In this document: positions 24,293 to 35,885 of the stretch, one piece after another
How the letters are laid out: every line of letters begins with the position of its first letter
How positions within the stretch are numbered: the first letter of the stretch is position 1
Assembly: GCA_973895155.1 (NCBI GenBank)
Contig: OZ316899.1
Location: 3,907,141 to 3,971,140, forward strand
Direction: 5' to 3'
From: Marsupella aquatica
Lineage: Eukaryota > Plantae > Marchantiophyta
DNA length: 64,000 nucleotides
The notes under the pieces: model-generated
Told to the model about the DNA's origin: nothing
The model's database searches: none
Seen by the model: only the letters and a program-made list of their open reading frames with translations
Position numbers and translations under genes: made by a program

Positions 24293-27222
24293 ATGGAAGG
24301 GAATGCAGGAGGGATGGGAGATGGTGCCGGGCCATCAAGCAGCTATGGTGAAGTCATGGCTCAATTGTTTAGGGAGAAGGTGGGGCTCTCGCCGAAGGTT
24401 GCATTGCAGGTAGCTCAGCTCACTCAAGGACTGATCGACAGCTCCCAGAAGGTAGCCATCACTGATGCAGAAAAACCTTTCCAAGCCAGACTCGAGGAGG
24501 AGAGATTGCAGAGGAAGAGGAAACGTAACACTAGGGAGGACAAGAGAGAGAGGCCATTGGAAGCCCTATCACCAAGACAAAAGGAGAAGAGCCTAAGGAG
24601 GGAGGCTCAGGCTGCAGAATGACAGAGAATTCAGGAGGAACGAAAGAAGGCAGAGGATAGGGCCAAGAGGCCAAAATTGTTTCTGAATGAGGGAGGTGCT
24701 CCACTCTCCAGGAGTTATCGTTTGTTTGGGAGTCAAGTTAGGCAGATTGTGAGGTCTCATTTTGGCCCGATGGACTACTGGGGGAAGAAGAAGCAGGATG
24801 AGAGATTTAGAATTCGAGAGCAAATCAAAGAGAGATTTTTGAATGGGTCGTTTGTGGACAATCGATTCTTAAACAAAAAGATCTCAGTCTCACTTGCAGA
24901 CATGCAAAATCATGTACGAGAGAAGATGCGAAAGTACCTGGCTGAATGCAAACTGGATGAGGAGGTGATCAGGAAAGGGGGAAGCCCAGCTGGTGAAATT
25001 CTTGAGGATGCTTGGTGTGCTTGGGTTGAAGAAGAGTTGCATGTTCGAGCTTGGCAAGCCACACAACGCTGGGAAGCTGAAATTCAAGCAGCTCAAAAGA
25101 AGATTAAACAAGGAGAGATGGTGAATACTGCACCCATGCATCAAGAACTTGAAGAATGGTTAGCAAAATCAGCCCTGCTTGGAGACCCACCATCCTGGCT
25201 AATGAAAGCTCTGTTGAGAGTAACAAAGAGGCCAAAGGTTACTCACAGAATGGGGCAAGGCGGATCACAACGTCTCAAGGCCGATTTTGTAAGTGCTCCA
25301 TTCCCCTCCTCTCCATGCATTCCTTCAGCAACATTCCTCCTCCCTAATCACCTGAGGCCAATTGACAAATGCCTAACCCTTCCAAACCCGGGACAGGTCT
25401 TTGTATGCCTGTAGGTTGCTCGATCATGCCTTAGTTTTTTTTGCTTTTGGCATGTAAGGTCCGATTCTAGTCCGATCCTTTAAGTATCGGATGCAGCATC
25501 GGACAATAAAAAAGAATCGGAACTGTCGAGGGTACCGATTCTATTAGTATCGGATATATTCAAATTTTTGAATAGTTTGTGCATGAAAGGCTAAGTGTTC
25601 TTATGGGTCTTTGACGGTGAAGGGTTTATATAGGTGTTTAATTAGGCCAGGGTAGGGTTGCTATAATTGACCTTAGTATTGGGGGTGGCATATGGTTTGG
25701 GTGTGTAGGAGAAAGAGCACGGACGACCATTGTTGCCGGCAGAGTGAGAGCTGGCAAAGGAGCATGGTGCTCGGGCGTTGAAGATTCACATGGACGACAT
25801 GTTGGCCTCGATAAGTGCGGATATTAGAATGATTTGAAAGATGGCTTCATGCTGGTATGTATGTTGCGGAATGACATATGGATTGGAGATTGTTACTATG
25901 TGCAGGATGAGTCAGGGGGTGAGGAGGACTTGGAGAGTGAGGAGGATGGTGAGGGGGAGGAGGACGAGGAGGACAAGGAGGATGCGGAGGATGATAGTGC
26001 TTCAGAGGGGAGTGTGGCCGAGGCTCCAGTACGAGGTTCTACTGGTGCGCGTGGCCGGTCAGGACCCCAAGAGAGTGGATGTCACCAGTTTGGTCGGGGT
26101 GTAGGTGGCTCCACTCGCCGGATGGAGCGTAGAGCAGGTGATATGCCTCCTTCTCATCAAAGATTAGCTGGTAGGAGTGGACGGAGTGAGTCCCGGGTTC
26201 CAGCCATAGTAGGTCACAACCAAGGGGTTCGTAGTGAGTCCGGAGTTCTAGCCACAGCAGGTGGTCGAGTGAGGACTGGCCCTGGTGTTGTACCAGGTGG
26301 GTCTTGACAACGGGCTGGTGTTCATACTGGTCGTGTCGTTGGCCAGTCAGGAGGTTCCGGCCGTAGCAGTGGAGGTGAGTCTTGCCCTGAGGGGGGTAGT
26401 GGTGGAGTTGTTGCACCTCGTCAGTTTAGGGCTGGCCCTGGTAGTGTACCAGCTGGTTCACGACAGTCCGGGGGAGGCCTTGGTGGTCATGTGCCCACAC
26501 CATCTCCTGTTCATAGTGGTGGTGTAGGCATCCAGTTTGGAGGTTCCGGCCGTAGTGGTGGAGGTGAGTCTCGTCCTGAGGGGGGTAGTGGTGGAGTTGT
26601 TGCACCTCGTCAGTTTAGGGCTGGCCTTGGTAGTGTACCAACTGGTTCACGACAGTTCGGGGGAGGCCTTGGTGGTCATGTGCCCACACCATCTCCTGTT
26701 CATAGTGGTGGTGTAGGCATCCAGTCTAGAGGTTCCGGCCATAGTGGTGGAGGTGAGTCTCGCCCCGAGGGGGGTAGTGGTGGAGTTGCTGCACCTCGTC
26801 AGTTTAGGGCTAGCCCTGGTAGTGTACCAGCTGGTTCGCGACAGTCCGGGGGGGGCCTTGGTGGTCATGTGCCCACACCATCTCCTATTCATAGTGGTGG
26901 TGTAGGCACCCAGTCGGGAGGCTCCCGTGATAGTGGTGGAGGTGAGACTCGTCCTGAGGGGGGTAGTGGTGGTGGTGCTGGAGGGGCTTCTTTCCACACT
27001 TGTGTCGGGGAAGGAGTGCCTTCCCATGGTTCAGGCGCATCTGGAGGTGGGGGAGTACCAGAGATTGCTTCTGCACCTCATCCACATGACGATGGAGGCA
27101 GATCAGGTAGCCACGACCATGATGTCCTACCTAGTGTGTCAGTGGTAGAGACTCATAGAGCAGAGCAGCCTAGTCGTTCCCATGTGAAGAAGAGGAAGAC
27201 GCGACATAGCTTGTATGGATAG
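24293..27222 (+). pseudogene. CACTA second gene (TnpA/Ptta-like), transcribed divergently from the transposase
   Basis: ORFs 24293-24622 and 24677-25414 in one frame, with H-R-M-G-Q-G-G..L motif followed by a GTAAGT donor. Later acidic and Gly/Ser-rich ORFs (25834-26307, 26491-27222) end in a KKRK NLS-like motif. Confidence 0.55.
26350..26975 (+). repeat. 189-bp (63-codon) tandem repeat, about 3.3 units
   Basis: GTGCCCACACCATCTCC recurs at 26491, 26680 and 26869. Confidence 0.93.
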
Positions 27223-27657
27223 TGGACTAGGTAGACATGTATAGATCTAGTACCAGGCTAGCGAGGTGGATAGTTGGAGGGCATTATGTCCATTTGATAT
27301 GCCCAGCCTTTAGCATAGCTGGCACTCACTAGTACATATTAAGCTGATTTCCGATGCTCAATTTTTGCGAACAATCGGCGTTCGATTCTTTTAGCATTGG
27401 AAATTCCGATTATCACAAAATGGCAATATGCCATACTCTCGGCTTTGGATATCATCATTTCCGATATAATTGACAACGGAACCTTTCCGATGCGTTAAAA
27501 AACACATCATATCCGTTAGAAAACACATCGGATCCCTCAACAAAAACTTTGATTGATATGTCCAATGTTTTTTGTAATGAAAATGATGTGCGTTACAATA
27601 TTGATCGGAAAAGTTCCGTAGTTAATAAGAACGGATATTATATCTGATTGTGCTAAC

Positions 27658-27790
27658 ATGGCAAAGTCCGATGCTGGGAGAATGGGAAAGTCCGATGCTG
27701 GGAGTATGGGAAAGTCCGATACTAGAAGAATGGGAAAGTCCGATGCTAGAAGAATGGGAAAGTCCAATGCTGGGAGCATGGGAAAGTCTG
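27658..27790 (+). repeat. 24-bp subterminal tandem array ATGGGAAAGTCCGATGCTRGRAGA, about 5.5 units
   Basis: Visible directly; an inverted counterpart lies at about 28645-28750. Confidence 0.93.
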
Positions 27791-28644
27791 GTTGTGGCAA
27801 AAAGACAAATTTTGATTGTGTTAGAATGAAAAGTTTTGATGTGTTAGATGGGGTATGTGGTTGCACCGACATACTCTTCCCAAAAGATGCAATCATTCTT
27901 GCATGCATGAATAACTTTATACTTGAGGCAAATGGACTTGAGTGTTGTTTTTGCCTCCTTCCAAGACCCAACATATTGTTCCCTTAAGGAAATATGTGCT
28001 CAACATGCAGCCAAGTCCAAAATATATCATCTAGAAGGAGATTGCTTCTCCCATGTAGTCTTTGTTGCAAGTCCAACAACAACATAGTTGATAAAAGATG
28101 AGACAATCAGGAGCCATTGATGCTAAGGATTTGGAAGGACCAAAATATCATCAATAACTAATAAGCCATAATATTATCCCATATCAAATCTAATGAAGGA
28201 AGGCTTTACTATCGACGAATGACCCCTGCCAAATTTCTATTGGTTTCTCCTAGGGGAATGTAACAGGGTAATTAGAATAGGTCACTTGATGCAAAGATCT
28301 AATCTCATGATAGAGAAAAATGGATCAAGAATGGGTCCAAATTATGGGTCTTAGTAAATTCACAAGTGTATAAAATCCCCAAACACTCTAAGTCAAACAA
28401 CAAAAGTGCTAAGCTTGCATGTACAATGTAAGGAATAAGAACCACAAAGTTAAGCTCATGTTGGAGGAATAGCAATTGGGATGGGTGACCAATTAGTTGA
28501 GAAAATTTGAAGAGTTCACATGTCAAGGGAAATGGGCACCTAGCTCATAGTTCCAAATGAAAGTAGAACCCAATTAAAGGATCGAAAGAGATGGGTGACC
28601 TGAGCATGTCGCGTCCGCTGAAATGCATATCCCATTTTGATTGC

Positions 28645-28750
28645 TTTGGACTTTCCCATTCTCCTAGCATCGGACTTTCCCATTCTCTCACCATCGGACT
28701 TTCCCATTCTCCTAGCATCGGACTTTCCCATTCTCCCACCATCAGACTTT
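28645..28750 (-). repeat. 24-bp subterminal tandem array, inverted copy, about 4 units
   Basis: GCATCGGACTTTCCCATTCT repeats. Confidence 0.92.
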
Positions 28751-29809
28751 CTGATAGAAGTCCGATTGTCGATATCCGATACTATTAAAATGGCATGTTG
28801 CGATGCTAGTAGTATCGGATGTATGGTTTTTCAAATTTTATTTTACAAAGGCATCCGATGTGGAGAGAATCGGAAAAAGGAGGTAAAATGTACTAGTGAC
28901 TATGCATGGAGATGTTCTCCATTTTTTGTACTTTTGCCCTGGATATTTCATTTTTGTATATAAGATATAGTTATGCCGTGTCATGCCCGGGTTTCAACGT
29001 ACATAGTGTGCAATCAAAATTGATAGTCTCTCTTGACTAAATGACCTCTCTAAACCCTAGATAAAAACTCAGTTAAAGAATTAAATTGCACCCCAATTAA
29101 ACCCCCAATTAGTCCCCCATTTAAAATAGGCCCAATCAAGCTCGCCAAATAGTTTCTGGTAGATACCGATCCATATCCGATGCCACAATCATCATACTTT
29201 TCCATCCCAAACGTATCGCAAAGTCTGATTCTACTATAATTGCAATTTCCGTTCCAAATAACATCGGACAATTCCGATGTTAAAACAATCGGGCATTTCC
29301 ATGTCCAGAATATTGGTCTAGAATCAGACGCCTCCATTAACAAAAAATGCGTGGAACAGACATCCGATTAAGCGGGCATCGGACATAGTGTTTCCCGACA
29401 CTTTAGATGACTGAACTCCTGAATGTTTTGGTATCGGTAGTTCCAATTAGTTTCCGATTGTCATTTTCCGATAAAAAGTATATTGGAAAATGCGATTCTT
29501 TTGGTATCGGACAGGTGAGATTTCCGCGTCGAATTTCCTGAAGGCGTCCGATGGAAATACAATCGGTAAAACGCCTCAAAATGTACTAGTGTAGTTATTG
29601 GTAACAAGAAAGTGGGTGGTAATTTTTTTGGAATTTTTTTTGGAATTTTTTTTTGTTTTGTTTTGGGTTAGTCATCATCATACTGCTAGCGCCTGGAGCT
29701 ACAATAGCAACGCTTGGCGCTCGCAAAAAAATGTCATGATTTTAATTATTTTGAAAAATGAGACTTTAAATGGTACATTTTTAGATCATTTTTTATTGGT
29801 AACAATAAA

Positions 29810-30772
29810 ATTTTCTGAGAAGAGCTTATCAAGGCCAAGTTCTTGTGGACGCCTACTGCCAACCAGCTTGACGACCTTCTATTTTGTAAGAACAGATTTG
29901 TCGGCATCCGGGAGGCCATCAACCATTGCAATGACAAACATCGGGACCTGAAGGGTTGCACGGTGGCATGGACAAAAACAATGGAGCTAAGGGAATTGTC
30001 AGGAGCAGCCAAAATGAAGAGGAAGGTGCCCATCAACAAAGAGGCCACCCCGGCTAAAGAACAAGGTTGGCGACACCTAGAAAGTTGGTCGAGCAAGGGA
30101 GAAAGAGCTAGGAGGAGGCCAACAAACTAGAGGTCAACCCAGTCAATGCCATCCCCACAAGGGATGACACATGGAAGGGTTGGGCGACGGTCCTACCAAA
30201 GGAGGTGCAGTTATACTCTGCACAAGACGAGGATGCATGTTTTATGGCTATGCAATCCCGGAAGTACTAAGGCTTCATGGCTGGATTTTGGCTTGGAGGC
30301 CTTTGTTAGATTACCTTGGCTAAAGCCGAAGGTGCCAGATTCAGACCTGCTAGAATTTGTGGGATCCTAGGATCACAAAGTAGACACAACCAAGGTGTAT
30401 GGGAGGGTATTATATCTCACTCCCAAGGTGATTGCCAAGGTATTTGGCTTGCCGATAGGCAATAAGACCAAGGTGGACACCCAAAAAAACTTGTCGAATA
30501 AGGAGTTTGGGTCGTTCCCCTGGCCATCAATGAAGAATGGCTTCTATTGGAACACCTACACCAACCCGCATATAGGAGAAATGATTGATTTCCTATGGGT
30601 GACCATGCATTGCAATTTGGCAAGGCCGGAGATTGGCAAGGCACAGGAGACACCTTGTAGAGAGACCAGACCCAAGTTGGGACTACAACGGGTACCTCCT
30701 CACCCAATTGAAGAAGATCTTGAAGGAGAGGTGGATTGCATGATTGAGGACTACCAAAACCCTAAACCCTAA
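29810..30772 (+). pseudogene. Fragment of a gypsy accessory ORF (TR28/PMD-like), paralogous to 42000-43170
   Basis: WTPTANQLDDLLF versus WIPTSAKLDELLI; EAFVRLPW..DSDLLEFVG..MYGRVLYLTP..VFGLPIGNKTKVD versus EGFIRLPW..DEDLLDFVG..MYGKVVELTP..IFALPQGNKTKVE. Confidence 0.75.
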
Positions 30773-31256
30773 ACCCTAAACAAGGCAAAAATGTCTCCAC
30801 TCCTTTGAAAAGTCCTTGCATTGCCAACGGCCAAGATTAGGTTGATCTAGAGCAAAAAGTACTTTTACAAATCAAATATGTATGAGACAAATTCATTATT
30901 GTGTTGAGCTCCCAAGGGAACTCCTTTCTTGTCTTGACATGTATTTTATGGGTTGACAACTGGTTTTATGGGAGGGTTGGCACTATTCGTTCCCTTAGGA
31001 CTTTTTGGAAACAAGGAGTCGGACTCCTTTGGACTTAGGTGCAAGATAGAGTAGTGGCAAATAGAAGTACTCGGGCACTTTTGGTGTTCAAGATTCTTGT
31101 CTTTCCACTTGCAACTTGTCGAGAAAGTATCAAAGCTGAGCCTTGTGGAGCGCGAATGGGTAGCAAAGTCCTCTAGAATTGTTGCATTCACGTCTAGCTA
31201 TATGGGTTGAATTGATTCAAAGAGTAGTCATGCCATGGTGTGAGCCCAGATGCAAA

Positions 31257-31560
31257 GGCCAATCAAACGCAAAAAGGGACATTGATGAACACAAAAAGAA
31301 AGGCCTTGATCGAGCTCAGATTTAATTTAGGGTCTAGAGCCCTCTCTTGGCAAATGACATTCAAATCCAGACAGGAGCGGCAAGAACAAGCAAAGAAAGG
31401 AGGGCCAATCAAGCGCAAAAAGGGACATTGAGGAACGCAAAAATAAAGGCCTTTATTGAGCTGCAGATTTAATTTAGGGTCTAGAGCCCTCTCTTGGCAA
31501 ATGACATTCAAATCCAGACAGGAGCGGCGGGAACAAGCAAAGAAAGGAGGGCCAATCAAG
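31257..31560. repeat. Tandem duplication of about 146 bp, 2 units
   Basis: GGCCAATCAA at 31257, 31403 and 31550, with near-identical intervening sequence. Confidence 0.9.
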
Positions 31561-32130
31561 CTGCAAATTTGATTACGCTGTGAGCTTGTAGGTTTGTCGA
31601 TGACATTTGATTCCGAAAGGGAACATTGGAAAAGAGCATGGAGAGGATGGTCGAGTAGTCACTAAATCACCAGGTGCCACTTTAAATCTCGCTTTGCTTT
31701 TGTTTGGAAAGAGGATCTGAAGATCGACATAATTGAAATAGTTTAAATGCAAGTTTGCTTTTGTTTTTCAAGAGAACAAAACAGATCTAGGCTGCATTGG
31801 ACTCAAGAAGGGAAGGAGGAAAGATTAAATGCGTTCAGAATTTGTGAGGTACTCGTCATAAATTGAAATGCATGGTATGTACTAGGTGACAAGGTCATAT
31901 CTATTTAGGTGGTCTGCCTTTCAATTGGGTGAAGGAAGTTGAATGCCAGGACTGTCAAAGTGGGACTACTGTGATTGTTTCAAGCCTTTGATTGTGCCAA
32001 TGGTGAGTCACGCGTGTTAATTTGCATTGCAATCCTTGACATGCATGCAAAGAGTGGGAGCAGGGGCAGTGCAAAGCTTCTCAATCCCTTCTTTATGTTA
32101 CATGAGTAGGCCAAAATGGTCACAATTAAT

Positions 32131-33342
32131 CAGGTATCTGATGCCCTAGCAAGAGAGAAGCTGGAGAAGTGAAGATTGGCAAATCGCAAATCCAAGTTGA
32201 AAAAACAAGAGCAGATAGCAAGTGGTCAACAAGGAGGTGGTCACCAACCATCTCTCTCTGATGAAATGATTCTTGAAGCACAAAAGCAATGCGATCTCAT
32301 GATGGAGAGTGCAAAGCAACAATGCCAAGATTTAGTAATTGATGGCAACCAAAGGCAAAGAGAGATATTGGCTGTTGGGCAATCAGAGGCAATCAAAATT
32401 AGTAATGAGGCTCATGAAGCTGCCACTGTGATCTTACGTACAGCCCGAGAAGAAAGTGAAATTCTTATGGAGACTGCACATTCACGCCTTGCTGAGATTT
32501 TAGAGTCTAGGCAGGGGTCCCTAAGTGCAAGCATTCTAGAACAGGATGCCCACATTCAAATGGTAGAATAGAGCACCCAAACTGCTTGCAAAGAAGTGCA
32601 GGCAGCCCACATTGATCCACTAAATGAAGGTGAGCAAGGTCACAACTCTGGCTTTGATCGCCAAGTGCAGCAAGCTGCCATGCTTGAGAAGAGAAGGAAG
32701 GATGCAGGCAGGAAGAGAATTGAATATGAAAGGAAGAAGCGCCCTGCTGCTGATGACAGTGAAACTCCCAATCGAAAGCGTAGGTGTATTACAGTTGTCT
32801 TATCAGATATAGTTAGATACATTTTGGAGAAGACTGCTACATTCAATCTAGGTGCAAGGAGGGCAGTACTATATGGGGTCTGGTTGCACAAATATTTGAA
32901 GAAGTACTAGGTTCACCTAAAGTAGATGGGGCTGTAGCTGCTGCATTGATTGATGTGAGAAAAACCTTGAGCATAGTGAAGCCAGGGAAGCACAAAAATC
33001 ACCTTGCTGCAAAGTACCAAGTCCTGTCAACACTTGTAGGAAAGACATGTGTAGATAAAAGGCAGCAGACCTCTCTAGCAAAAGCTTTGGGTATACAAAA
33101 AGCAAAATCTTCATAGAGCATCTAAGATGAGGATACAGATTGATGCAGACAATACAAAAATGTATCCTATGGGGGAAGACAGGTACGTCAAGACAAGATT
33201 TCTGATGAAGTTTGAATCCAGGTGGAACACTTTTGGGAAACTCACACTAGGATTTCTCCATGTAAGAATAATGAAGCCAGATTGCGACTAGGACAGAAAC
33301 TGGTTCAAACACATCAAGTGCACTGGCTGGAGGATACACAAG
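32131..33342 (+). pseudogene. Decayed N-terminal part of a DNA transposase, Sola2-like (tentative)
   Basis: Frame-joined reading ...RQVRQDKISDEV.IQVEHFWETHTRISPCKNNEARLRLGQKLVQTHQVHWLEDTQ followed by a GTGAGA donor. As recalled, it resembles the FW...SP...H..L..TQ segment upstream of Sola2-type DDE cores; no catalytic core is present in the window. Confidence 0.4.
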
Positions 33343-33490
33343 TGAGAAACTCTATGTCATTGATGTAACTGTTATTAATCAAAAGTGTTGATGACAATGA
33401 AACTCCTTTCGTCTATAATTTGATTCAATCTGTAATTTATGTTCGGTTGCATCAAACTCTATTTCCAATCTACGTTGTTGGGCCTTTTTT

Positions 33491-35885
33491 TTGGTTCTTT
33501 ATTGCGCTCAAGGGCTTCCGGACGAGATCTTCAATATCCCGGGTACGATCGACTTGCAACGACATCACTTTGACAACATCCCTGCTCAGGTTCGGGCTAT
33601 CATCAACAGCGAGTCCAGCACTACCCGTTCGACAAGGTCGTCTGCACTTGCCTCGGAGAACTTCTACCAGCACCTGCAGAGCTTCATGGGAGCTAGACCC
33701 GTAACCACCGGCGCCAGCCCAGTGGACCCCATACCCGTACCCGTACCAACGCAGACTCAGGCTCAGGCTCAGCTTCAGTCTCAGCCTCAGCCTAGCCAAC
33801 CCCCACCGCCGATCGCCCCGCTAGCAGTACAAGTACGCTCCGTCATCAACGCTATGGACCTTAGCGACGACGACGAGGCTACCCCACCCTTGCTCAGGCG
33901 GCCCAGAGGAGCAAACACTTAGGGGGCCGACACTACATCGTCCCCTCCCCATGCTCGGACCCAAGGAGCGGCTCCAGCAGACAACACGGTGACCGTGGCC
34001 GCCCGGGACCAATACTAACGGCGGTAGCACTACCTATGCCCGATCAAGAGGATGGGGAGGTGTCACCTTCCCCGAGCCAGTCACGGGGGAAGAAGAGGAA
34101 GGAACCCGCCACTACATCCGGGTTACCATTGGCCACGGTAGCCGTGGCCAAGGTGACAATGCACCGCATGGGGGAAAACATGCATAAGAACATCCTCCAT
34201 CCCAAGCATGCGGTGTACCTGAAGACTCAGGGATTCGAGCACCTCGTCGCTCTGCCCTGGAACACTTGCAGGTACTACGGGGAGGACATGACAGAATTCA
34301 TCAAGAATTATGATGACGCACGTCAGCATACTCGGCTGCGGGGAAGGAATATGTCCCTCATGGAAGAACGGCTCAAGATGATCTTTGGATTACCCGAAGG
34401 TGACCATCGAGTCGAATCACGGGCTCCCGGGGGCAAGGGAGCCAAGTACCAATCCTCGAGTTTTCCCTCAGAAGGAGCAGTGGACAACGGGTTCGTGATG
34501 AGGACCTGCCTTATCCCCGAGATAGTTGAGCGACTGGAGTTCCAAAGGTACGCCCTCCACATGATGGAGCCCCGGGGGGAGATCTCCGCCGCCCAGGTTA
34601 TCCAGGTTGAGAACTATCGACCTAGAAAGTGGGCGTCGTACTTCCCTAAGAAATTCCATGAAGAGATGGAGCGGCGAAGGAAGACGCTGTACATTGGCGG
34701 GAAGGCGTATTTCGCTAGCCACATCGAGATCATTCTTGAGTGGTATACTCGGTTTGATCGACGAACCCTTCCCCGTGTCAATGTTACAAAGCTGGTCCCA
34801 GCTAGGTGGGTTTTTCCGGCCTTGGAGAGATGGCCCCAACCCGAGGCCCGAAGTCCAGCGGACACGCAAGCTTCACCCACCCCACCTCCACAAGTAGTTG
34901 TAGTCGTAACCGAGGAGGTACCGGATGGGTCGGTTATCGCAACCGTTGATGCGATCCAACAGGCCGGGCTAAGTACAGAAGTCGGTACAGCGGAGGTCTT
35001 ACTCGAGCCCGGGTCTCCAAAAGACCCACCGGTGGCTATTCCGGAGAACCGGACATTGCTGCAGGAGGACACTCCAACCCCTTCCAACATTACGTCCCCA
35101 GGGCTAGATGTCACTGCCCCGGCCCCCGCTCGTGTTGACGTCTGCCCGTGCCCAACTCCGGACAGGCACAACCTGGACCACCCGGAACTCTTCGTACCGG
35201 GTACATTTTTGAACGGGCTTCTAGGAGATTTCTCTCATCAAATTGCCCAGGATACCGGGGAGTTCATGGCCCGGAAGGTAGCCTATTTCTTCAATCAGGA
35301 GTTAGTTGCCGCAGTAAAGGTAGGTCGGGCCAGTCAAAGGCCCTTCAGAGGATAGAGCGGTACCGGGTGGAGTCCGTATACTTAAAGAACGAAGTTGCGG
35401 CTCAAGAGGTTGAGCTTCTGCAACTACGACCCAAAGTTGTAGCCGCCGATGATTTGTTAGCAAAGGCGCACGCCCTTACTGCCCTAGCCAAGCAGGCCAA
35501 AGCTGGGAACGAGGCCGAGATTGCACGACTCCGGAACCAGATTGACAGTTTGAAGAATCAAACTGTCATCTGGCAGAAGGACTTGGAGGAGGCCGAAGAA
35601 CGGGCCCAGCGGGACACTGCGGAGATAGCCATGCTACAAGCCGAAGTGGCACGGCTCCAAACCGAAGCCGAGAAGCAGGACCAGCTGGCGGGCAAGCTGA
35701 CGAGCGACGCCCAGCAGCTAGAGGAGGCATGCCAGGAGGCAGCGGAGGAGACGGACGCGGCGAAGCAAGAGAATGAATCTTTGCTGGACCAGGTCCAGCT
35801 CCTCAAGGCAGACAACGACAGACTTTGTAAGCAGCGGGATGGCCGCTCCCACTCGGGCGGCTCTGGCAAGCGTGCCAGGCATTAA
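33491..35885 (+). pseudogene. Gypsy family-B accessory ORF (Pro/Gln-rich, TR28/PMD-like, SMC-like coiled coil), split by frameshifts
   Basis: ORFs 33491-33922, 34036-35355 and 35148-35885. The paralog at about 12880-13468 reads through the 35331 junction (GRA-Q-SKA), showing a 1-nt deletion here. Confidence 0.72.

Larger units (their letters stand above)
27327..28898. mobile_element. Nested non-autonomous CACTA (1572 bp) of the same TIR family
   Basis: CACTAGTACATATT at 27327 and AAAATGTACTAGTG ending at 28898; TSD ACT (27324-27326, 28899-28901). Confidence 0.92.
17455..29591 (-). mobile_element. CACTA (En/Spm) DNA transposon, 12.1 kb
   Basis: TIRs CACTGGTACATATTTTG (17455) and CAAAATGTACTAGTG (29591); 3-bp TSD TAG (17452-17454, 29592-29594); TCCGAT/ATCGGA subterminal repeats; TnpD-like gene inside. 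Confidence 0.95.
17408..29815. mobile_element. Terminal segment of the same TIR family as 1-3540 (17408-17454 plus 29595 to about 29815), split by the CACTA insertion
   Basis: Starts GGGGTATTTACAAAC. GTAACAAGAA repeats continue on both sides of the CACTA, and a TAGCGCCTGGAGCTA palindrome sits at 29687. Confidence 0.6.

Noticed and set aside
27658-28750. 24-bp arrays as CRISPR
   Set aside because: The units are contiguous with no unique spacers, there are no cas genes, and they are inverted subterminal repeats of a CACTA.
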